This document shows, piece after piece, positions 54,644-64,000 of a stretch of 64,000 bases of DNA. The DNA comes from the human T2T-CHM13v2.0 reference genome, Homo sapiens, in NCBI RefSeq assembly GCF_009914755.1, contig NC_060925.1. The stretch is one strand, 5' to 3'. Both the position numbers and the translations under genes were made by a program. Within the stretch, counting starts at the first letter, position 1, and every line of letters begins with the position of its first letter. Below the pieces are notes generated by a model that was not told the DNA's origin, ran no database searches, and worked only from the letters and a program-made list of their open reading frames with translations.

Positions 54644-55233
54644 TGTGAAAGGCACAATTCTAAGAATGATTTCCAATGAGCTGCTTCCTCGTCTACCCTT
54701 CCCACTGAGTGTTGATGGAACCTGTGGATATGATGACATATCACTCCTGTAATTATGATGTATTTTATGACAAAAGGGAGATTACGTGGGTGACTCCAAT
54801 ATAATCACATGAACCCTTTAAAAGCAAATATTTTTTTTTCTGGCTGCTATTAGAAGGAGAAGTTAGAAGATTAGAAAAGTATGAGAAAGATTCGATGCAT
54901 TGTTACCAGCTTAAAGCTAGAGGGGGCCACGTGGCAAAGAATGTGAGTAATTTCTAGAAGCTGAGCAACCACAGCTGACAGCCAGCAAGGAAACAGGACT
55001 CAATCCTACAACCATGAGGAACTGACTTCTGCTAATAATGGGAATTAGTTTGGAAGAAGTCCCTGAGCCCTAGACGAGAACACAGCCAGCTGACACCTTA
55101 ATTTCAGCCTAAGCAGGGAACCCTCAATACCAGACTTCAGCCCTACAAAGCTGAGAGATTAAAAAATGGGTACTGTGTTAAGCTGCTAAATTTGAGGTTT
55201 GTTTGTTTGTTTTCAGCAACAGAAAATGAATGA
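54644..55233 (+). mobile_element. MaLR solo LTR, MLT1E-like
   Basis: aggcacaattctaagaatga...taatcacatgaaccctttaaaagc...cagctgacagccagcaaggaaac...ttaagctgctaaattt. Confidence 0.85.
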
Positions 55234-55249
55234 AATATCCAAGGGCGGA

Positions 55250-55460
55250 AATAGTTTTAACTGCACATTTACAGTCCAACATGAGTTCATTCCGAACATC
55301 ATTTCTTACTTGCTAGGTAACTTTGGGATTAACTTCTCTAAATATTTATTTCATCGTCTATAAAAGGGATAAAATAATACCTGCCTGACTTCTAAGATTG
55401 TTGCCGCAGTTAAGTGATATACAGCTTATATGACACCTGACATAAAATAGATGTTATTTC
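55250..55460 (+). mobile_element. MIR
   Basis: tgagttcattcc...ctataaaagggataaaataatacctgcct. Confidence 0.65.
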
Positions 55461-55974
55461 CTATTCTCTAGTAAGACTGATCATGGCAAGTCACTCAGAA
55501 AAGATAGAAATAGTCCATAATAGATATTATGACTTGCAGGAATTAGAACCATAGACGTCTTTGGAAGGGGAGCAGGATGGAACTCAGGAGAGAAGCATCT
55601 GGGTACAAGTTAAGGAAGTACACCATGCTTCTGATGGTTTGGAACCAGAATAGATCCCAAGAGGTCCAGGATCACTGGTAAGACTTAGTGGCGAAAGCCA
55701 TGAGTCATAGAGTCCCACACATTCTGCTCTAGATGTAATTGAGAAATCTACAGACTGGCAGGGTTGCCAACCTGCCTTTAGTGTTGATTAAAGGCTGAGA
55801 GATTTTGCCTGCTATGCTTTCCGAAGTGGAGTTTTGGTAGGCTTGATTCCAAAGGCATGAAGGGGATGCTTAGTGAATGAGAGATAATTCACATTTTCAT
55901 ATAGAACAGAGACAATTAAGGCTAATACCTATAATAACATTTCTCATGTATTTTGTTTCCTCTAACAGTTTGTT

Positions 55975-56350
55975 GGAGGAGGAATTGCAGTATACTTAAA
56001 AGAGAAAGGATTTTTACATTAGAAAAATCTGGCATTACCTATATCTTTGCAATTGGTTAATTGACCTTCAGTAAGCCCTTAGCTTCCTGTTGAACAAGAG
56101 TGTCTGTTTCTCAATGGGTAATAGGATGAAATGAGATAAACATAGGTAAGATGTCTAGAATCATGGTTTAGAATTGTTAAGTCCCAAGGCTACCATGCAA
56201 TTCATATGTGCTTCAGTTTCCTTAGCTATAAAATGGACATAATAATAGTTCCTAGATCATTCTCTTTCTGTGAGAATAAAGTATATGAGGTACTTTGCAT
56301 AGATCCTGGCCTGTTGTAACCAAGAATTAGAAGGGAACTATTATTTGCGG
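55975..56350 (+). mobile_element. Two MIR fragments
   Basis: aggatgaaatgagataa; gcttcagtttccttagctataaaatgg. Confidence 0.65.
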
Positions 56351-56643
56351 TAGTATGGGTGCCTAGCCTGCAGTACCTTTTAAATTGGTAGCTATTTTTC
56401 ATTTGTTAAACTCTGTCTGGATTTCTGTATTTACTCAAGTAAATACTTAAAAAACAAGCCCAAAAGATGTTTGTATATTTCCTTTATGGACAGTTGGATG
56501 GGAAAAAAAAAACACTTGGTTCTAGTGCACACCTACACTGTAGGAAAATAAGTTAGTGGGAGAGGGCAGTGGTCTGAAATTTGGAATTACAGAATTCTTA
56601 TAATCGTCAGAGATAAAACATTGCAGATCTGATTACTCCTCTG

Positions 56644-56644
56644 C

Positions 56645-56675
<31 letters not shown>

Positions 56676-56676
56676 A
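56644..56676. repeat. (CAAAA)n microsatellite
   Basis: Direct reading. Confidence 0.9.
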
Positions 56677-56724
56677 CTTTCAAAGATTCACATTTCTACA
56701 TTGCCCCTAAGAAAAAAGTCTTTT

Positions 56725-57110
56725 CAGTCATTTATTTATTCATTCATCTATGAAATATTAATTGAACCCTTAGTATGCACAGTAATTGTTCAAGGTACTG
56801 AATTACAACAGTGAACAAAGAAGATACAAAATTTCTGCCCTTCTAGACTACATTTTATTAAGGAGAGGCAGGAAATAGACAAGATAGATCAGGATAAGCG
56901 CAAAAGAGTAAAACAAGTTAAAAAGAAGGGCAAGAAATTTAAGGAAAGAGAATTATCTCCCATTTTAAATAGGATTGTTAATGCATGTCTCGTAAAGGAA
57001 GGGCCATGGAAGCAAAGGTTGGAAGGAGAAGAGGCAGTGAGCCGGATGAATACCTGGGGAAAGGACGTTCTATGAAGAGGGCATCTGGCTTAAAAGGCTC
57101 TGCGTGCTCT
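56725..57110 (-). mobile_element. L2a-like 3' region
   Basis: cattcatc...aacagtgaacaaag...tctgcccttc...attttaaataggattg. Confidence 0.75.
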
Positions 57111-57284
57111 GGCTCTGGCTACACCAATCAGAACCATGCTCATTACAATACCAGGGACAGCCTTTAGCAATCCACCGAAGTCAGTATTTAAGCTATACCA
57201 TACTTGATTCTCCAAGTTTAAATAGAGCCCAGCAAGCAATCTGGTCTGATAACATCTCAAAAGCCCATTTTGTTCGATATTACA

Positions 57285-57430
57285 ATTAGTAGGTATTTAT
57301 TAAATAGTTACTATTTGACAGGCAGTGTCATTAGTGCTGAGAACAACTCAGTGAATTAAATAGGTGAGGTCTTCTGTTCATAAAGAGCTGACATTCCAGT
57401 AGTAGGGACATATATTTAAACAAAATTATG
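57285..57430 (-). mobile_element. L2 tail
   Basis: gtatttattaaa...gtgctgagaac...agagctgacattccagt. Confidence 0.65.
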
Positions 57431-57540
57431 AAAACTAGTTATGTTATGTATATTTTATCACAATACAAATATATTAAATACCTGACCTCAAAGGCAGACC
57501 TGTCTGTAACAACTTGAATTCTTCTGTTTACCTGAGTACT

Positions 57541-57849
57541 TTTTCCTTCTTCTCCTTCTCCTTCTTCTTCTTTTTCTTCTTTTTCTCTTCTTTATCTTCT
57601 TCTTTTTTTTCTTTTTTTGATACAGTGTCTCACTCTGTCTCCCAGGCTGGAGTGAAGTGGCGTGATCATAACGAGCTCACTGCAGCCTCAAACTCCTTGG
57701 TGCGAGGGACCCTCCTGCCTCAGGTAATTTTTTGAAAAATTTTTTGGTAGAGACAGGATCTCTCTATGTTACCCAGGCTGGTCTTGAACTCCTGGCCTCA
57801 AGTGACCCTCCTGCCTCGGCTTCCCAATGTGTTGGGATTATAGGCCTGA
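57541..57849 (-). mobile_element. AluJ with deletion and a TC-rich expanded tail
   Basis: agctcactgcagcctcaaactcc; ctgcctcag|gtaatttt lacks part of the right arm. Confidence 0.85.
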
Positions 57850-58469
57850 TGTCTTAAATGTCACGTCACACACTGAGGAGGCAGCAACAGTAGACTGCCC
57901 ACTTTTTCTGCCCCTCCTGAAACCACTTCCTATTTCTCATGCCTTTGAAACTACAAAAATGGCATGGTTTCCTCCCTTCTCTCATTAAAAACATGTGTGC
58001 AGGACAAAACTGCACCACCCTGGCGCTGTACCATAAATAGTGAAAGCCAGAGGAAAATATGTCATTTAGTGGCTGCTTATGCTTCACGTCTCCTGCGGGC
58101 ACCCAGAAGCCTCTCCCCAGCCTCGCTGGTTTTGTTTTTATTGAACTGATTTCTTTTATGGAATGTGTGCTTCTAATTCTTAATTTTAAGGTCAACATCT
58201 TTCCTGACTGGCACTGTAAATGTTTAACAAGTATGACTGAACCATTCTTGGTTTCCTACTTTTATTTTCCAGCATGTGTCAGAAAAGCAGGCCGGTAGAT
58301 CAAACGCCCAGGTCGAATGCTTTGAAGTTAATGTCATAATAGATGTTATAGCACAAAGATCCAACACCTTCTTCCAAGAATCTTGAACAGGAGCAGGCAA
58401 GAATATTAACCATTTAGAGACTGGACAGCAATGTCTCATTGATTCACATGTTCTAGAGCACCAGCTCCA

Positions 58470-58690
58470 CCTGTTTATGCACCAGAACGGGGATGGGAAG
58501 AAACACAGCCTTTGGATGTTTGCAAATCCCGGTTTGTCCACTCTTCTAATCATTGGACAATGAGCAAAAAACTACATTTCACTGAACTACAATTTTCTGA
58601 TCGTGAATATGGGGAGGGTTATTAAAAGAAGTAAAAAGTGTATATAAAACTCAACTAGCATAGCATAATAGCTCAATGAAATAATAAGCA
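58470..58690 (+). mobile_element. MIR
   Basis: ggatgtttgcaaatcccgg...cactgaactacaattttctgatcgtg. Confidence 0.55.
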
Positions 58691-59962
58691 TGATAGCACA
58701 AAAAAGTTCAAGAAAAAAAAATTAATATAAGCCACAACAATAATCAGAAACTGCTCTTCAGAAAAGAAGGTGAAGCAGATGGCTGAAGTGGTGATTCAGC
58801 AATGTAGATCAGGCAAGGGATAGAGCTGGCCAAACACTTTAGAGCCTGCATCTTCCTTCTGTTAGCCACAAGGCTTGTTGCCAAAGCACTTAGAGAAAGT
58901 GGCCTCCCAAGTCAGGCTCCTTCTGGACTTATTTTCTGGTAAAGTTCTAGCTTTGGGATTTCATGTCACCTTTCTGCTAGCTGCCAATGGACTTCTCAGA
59001 CTCAAGTAGGTGAATTCCCAAGGGCAGAAAATATTACAGACACACACTTGTTGCTTACTAGTATCGTAGAATTTTTAAATCTGGGAAATATTATGCAATC
59101 TTTTTGTTCAATTCTCTGATTTATAGTTTAGAGTGGAAAGAACTCCTTTTATTCCTGTGATAAAAATGCTGTATTTTAGTCATAAAAAATCTAACAAGAA
59201 AAAGCAGCATGATGAAGAAAATAAAAATCACTAAGAATTACATGAGAAAATAAGTGTTAATATTTTTGTAAAGATTATTTGAAATATTTAATGTCGTAAC
59301 CATCACACTTTTTTTTAAAAAAAGGACTTATTGAATGGAATCAGAGAGCATCTTTATGTTTTAAAACTTTATTCACTGAGGGATATTCTTCTGTTCTCAA
59401 GAAACTTTAGATGAACTGTAACCCTTCTGATCAAAAGCACCGCAGATTTAAGATGAAAGTTAAGTCTCCCTCCTTGTCCTAGATTTAAGCATGTCTACTT
59501 GCAGTGGGAAAACCATGGGTCATGCTGAGAGTTCCTGTTCCTCTGTTGCTGGGGATTTCTTGATCAGGCCTCAGTCCCTAGGAATCAGGGTGTCTATTGT
59601 GACTTCTGAGTGCTGCAGACCTTTGCTCCTCTATGCAGTAGGAAGTCCTATTATGCAGAACCTAACACTATCTGTCCATGGACTTTCTCTCACATTCCAT
59701 GGGAAATATATTCATTCATATTTTTTGCCTGAACAATTCTGGGAATGCAGGCCAATCCTGATGCAGCAGCAATGGTACATTCTCTAGATTTTTAAGGAAG
59801 AGCCGGACATACGTCTACTAAGTATTCCTAATTTTCAGAGACATATTCCAAGTTCTAGGAGCATATACATTAAAGGAAAACCCTTTCTCTTTACCAGAAG
59901 TGAGGGGACAATACCCCACTTCCTCCTTGGTGGTAAATGGGGTATAGAGATACTCATTGCAC

Positions 59963-60312
59963 TGCTTGTTCATTTATTCAACACTGCATACCAAAGCAGC
60001 ACAAAACCCAGAGGTTTGAGATCACAATTTATGATCTCATATGGCTCTGGAGCATTGATTGGGTTGAGGTGGTCGTTTCTTATTTGAGGTGTCTTATGGG
60101 ATCTTAGTCAAATAGTCATTGAAACTAGAGTCACCTGAAGCCTTCTTCAAACACTTAAAGTATCTGGAGTTGGGGGAGGATGGGCATTTTTCTCTCTCCA
60201 CATTGCCTTTCCAACTGGCTTGCTTAGCCTTCTGCATTACATAATGGTCTCAGGGTAGTTGGACTTTCTTACATGGCAGCTGGCTTCCCCCAGAGGGAGT
60301 GTTTCAAGATAA
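59963..60312 (-). mobile_element. MaLR LTR, MLT1H-like
   Basis: atggtctcagggtagttggactttcttacatggcagctggcttcccccagag. Confidence 0.8.
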
Positions 60313-60319
60313 GTATGTG

Positions 60320-63300
60320 TTTTGTTAAAACAGGTGTTTTTTGTTGTTGTTTTGTTTTGTTTTTCTTATGGCTCAGTACCAGCCTATGGTCAATTAAAAA
60401 AAATTCCAGGTGCACTAGAGAAGACTGTATCATTTGCAGTTGTTGGATGTTAATATGGTTTGGCTGTGTCCCCACCCAAATCTCATGTCAAATTGTGATT
60501 CCCAATATTGGGGGAGGGACCTGGTGGGAGGTGATTGGATCATGAGGGTGGATTTCCTCCATGCTGTTCTCATGAGAGTGAGTGAGTTCTCATGAAATCT
60601 GGTTGTTTAAAAGCCTGTAACACTTCCCCCTTCACTCTCTATGTCCTGCTCTGCCATCGTAAGACGTGCTTGCTTCCCTTTCACCTTCCACCATGAGTGT
60701 AACTTTCCTGAGGCCTCCCAGCCATGCTTCCTTTACAGCATGCAGAACTGTGAGTCAATTAAACATCTTTTCTTCAAAAATTACCCGGTCTCAGGTAGTT
60801 CTTTATAGCAGTGTGAAAACAGACTAAAACAGATATAGTATACTATAGATATTAATAACTGTAATTGTGTTATTTATATTTTCTATAGCCTTGCTGATTT
60901 TTTTGTATCTTTTTTCTATACTTACTGAGAGGTATGTTAAACTCTTTAACTACAATTGAGGATTTGTCTTTTTCTGTGTTCTATTTTGTCGTATTTTGCT
61001 TTATATATTTTGAATCTACATTATTACATGTTTACAAATTCAGGGTGGTTATATCTTTCTGTGTACTGACCCCTTTATCATTATAAAAGTCTTTTTAGCT
61101 CTAGGAATCATTATTGTCTGATAGCTTGCTTTCTCTGACACAAGTATACCAGTTTCTTGTTTGTTATTGTTTATATATGTTTTTCCATTCTTTCAGTTCC
61201 CTTTTTTTTATATTTTATTTGAACAGTGTCTTTTGGAGACAGCATATAGTTGGGCAATTTTTTTTAGTTCAATCTGACAATATCTGCGTTCTAACTGGAA
61301 TGTTTTGTCCATTTACATTTAAAATAATGTTAATGTAATTGGATTTGACTTTACTAGCTTGCTATTTGTTTTCATTTTGGACCATCTGTTCCATGTTACT
61401 TTATTTTTCCTCCTTTTTTTGGAACACTCACTTTTGAATTATTCAATATTTCCTCTTGTACTCATTTTTATTTAAGTATATTTATTTTTTAGGTGGTTAC
61501 CCTAGAGACTACAGCATTAATTCTTAAGTTATTACAATAATTTTAAATAAGAACTTTTACCACTCTAAATACACAGATCTTAAAACAGTGTAACCTCATT
61601 TACCTCCTTCCCACCCATTTTACTATTATTCTCATGTAATTTACTTCTATGTATGTCATAACTTTCTAAAGATATTATCATTTCAATGAGCCCATATGCT
61701 TTATTTTTAACTACATGCTTACCCCTTCTAGTTCTTCATTTTTCTCTTACAGTTTTGTTCTTCCATATGGGTTCATTTTCTTTCAGACAGAATTTTCTTT
61801 AAGGCTTCTTTAATTTTTGGTCTGTTGCTGATTAATACTTCTGGCATTTTTTTGGTCTAAAAGGATCACTATATGGGCTTCCTTTTTGGAAAATATGTTC
61901 GCTAGGTACAAATTAAAGGTTGACAAATTTTTCTTTCAGCACTTTAAAAACATCACCCATTTTCTTCTGGCTTCCATAGGTTCTATTAAAGAAGCTACTG
62001 TCAGTTTTATTGTTACTCCTTGCTAGGCAAGTGTCTTTTTTTTCTGGCTGCTTTTAGCATTCTCTTTGTCTCTCTACCTCTTCTTATACACACACACGTA
62101 TGTATATGTGTGCATGTGTGTGTGTAAATATATTTTTATATACATACATATATACTCTATGTCTACATCTATATTTATCTATCTATAGCTATATATCATG
62201 TCTTTGGTTTTCAGAAATCCAATTAGATAAGTTTTTAACCTGCTTGGAGTTTATGGAGATTCTTGAATTGGTTGGGGGGTTTTCTGTGATGCATTTTGAA
62301 AACTCTCTTCTAGTAGATCTTCAAATATTTCATTTGTGTCTTTTGCTCTCTGCTCCTCTTTTGGTACTCTAAAGACACAAATAAGACATGTGTTTATATT
62401 TCCCATCTTGATGTATCCCATGTGTCCTTTATACTTTGTCTATTTTTTCCTTTCTTTTTCTTCTGTCTATGCTTCAGTTTTCTAAGTAGGATAATGGCTA
62501 ATCACCTTAATCTAAACATGCATTGAACTGGATTCAGGCTGTTGCAGCTTAGTGAAATGACCTTCATTTATTTCATTTCCTCACGTGCTGCCCTCCTGGA
62601 TTTTGATTGAGCAGTCAATGGCTATCTGTCTGCTCATTCTTGAAAGATTTCTGGAGATTTAGCTCTGCTCTTTGGAGGTTTTAATTTTCAATTTTTAGCC
62701 TTCCACCCCTGAAACCTCCAAATCTGGCAATTATCTTGAGGGAAGACCAGCTGTGGGTTTTATGCATGCCTTCGTCTTTTAGTAAGATTTTGTCTCCAAA
62801 GACGGAAAGGTGTGGGAGAATTTACTCTACCCTTGGAGTTTATCAACCCCACCTCCCATGTGCAACAAATATGTTGTGGGCAAAAAAATGTAGAATATTA
62901 TGGCTCTTCATATTTCAATCTGCCATGCCTTCCATGTGTGACCACCAAAAACCTCACTTTTGGTGAGAAACCCTTTGCATGAGCCACACCCCAAGGAGAG
63001 AAAATGTCAGTGATATCACCTCATTTTAGAAAGGTTCTCGTGTCCCTGGAATTCCAATTTCTTTAGTCTTTTTTGCTTCCAAAGCATTTATATAGTCTTT
63101 AGCAACATAATTTTATAAATATTTATGGCACTTTTTGGTTGTTGCAATGGGAGTTTTGGTTTGCTATGATCTCATAATTTTTTCTTCACATATTTATTTC
63201 TGTATATATCTACTAATGATACAGCGATACAATGATTTGGAGATCTCAGCTCTTTTTGGGGTCTCTATTTATACTTCTCAGATTGCACTGGCCTAATCTC

Positions 63301-64000
63301 GCACTGGGCAGATTGTAGGTTATAATAAATATTTGTTTCTGTAATTATACATAGGGCAGCTGCCTTTTTTAGTGTTTGCTTACCTGTCCAAATTTAGGCC
63401 TATGCTTTTTATCTCATTATTAAAGATTTTAATTACAGTCTTGTAAGCTCAGTTCTGCTTTCATGTATAACCTTTTCTTATTTTATGTATTATTTCTAAA
63501 TGTTTTACAGTGAGAGGATTCACAGGATTTCTAGTATACCATATTCACAGAACAAAATCACAAATTTTGTTTCTTGAATCTACTTTTAAATCCATATGTT
63601 TTCCTAGATAATAATCAATTTTATTCAGAATTTCAAAAATTATTACAATAGAGTTTTACAAATATTATTTGAAATAACTTCTCCTGTAGGTCTGGTATAT
63701 TTTTCTTTATTTAATTCTCGATTTCATGGTTTATTTTTGTTAGGCAAACTAACGGCTGATTTGTTTTATTTATTTTTTCAAGGGAACTCTTGTTGGCTTT
63801 ATTTAGCAATTATGCCATTTGACTTATTTTATCTTACTTAAGTATATAATTAATATATTTTAATTTACTAAAATTCAGTGACTTCTCTTCTTGGTACATC
63901 TTGGCAAAGTTAAGTAGATTTCCACAATAGTATTCCATTTTGTAGTTTTTCAGATATGTCTATGTATTTTCTAGATATTCTCTTCTATGGCATATAAATT
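60320..64000 (-). mobile_element. Ancient L1 (L1ME/M5-type) fragments, split by the THE1D/MSTA LTR
   Basis: T-rich antisense L1 motifs (gacagcatatagttggg, tctgacaatatctgc, tttctttcagcactttaaa, cttctggcttccat). Confidence 0.75.
60451..60831 (+). mobile_element. MaLR solo LTR, THE1D/MSTA-type
   Basis: atatggtttggctgtgtccccacccaaatctc...gaactgtgagtcaattaaac...; TSD gatgt (60446-60450) and gatat (60832-60836). Confidence 0.9.

Overview
This is primate (human-like) non-coding genomic DNA: AT-rich, CpG-depleted, with AluJ, AluS and AluY copies. I see no intact protein-coding gene, tRNA, rRNA or CRISPR array, and the supplied ORFs appear to be chance frames in repeats. Most of the window is old transposable-element sequence: many MIRs, L2 and L3 fragments, L1 (PA/PB/MA/MD/ME), many MaLR/ERVL solo LTRs, an ERVL internal remnant (integrase plus dUTPase-like) and a Tigger2a. 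The standout is an ~850-bp internally deleted piggyBac element at 22190-23035. It has MER75-type ends, a 5' TTAA, and ~190 decayed codons of a PGBD4-like transposase C-terminus, including the third catalytic Asp motif and the Cys-rich domain; it sits inside an old L1. Other oddities are a perfect 40-bp tandem duplication in a TGACA/E-box cluster, a ~590-bp compound (TA)n VNTR inside an L1PB, a tail-to-tail inverted Alu pair, a template-switch hairpin in an L1PA, and candidate CTCF/YY1/DUX4 sites. Subfamily calls are by eye from remembered consensus sequences, and most boundaries are approximate.
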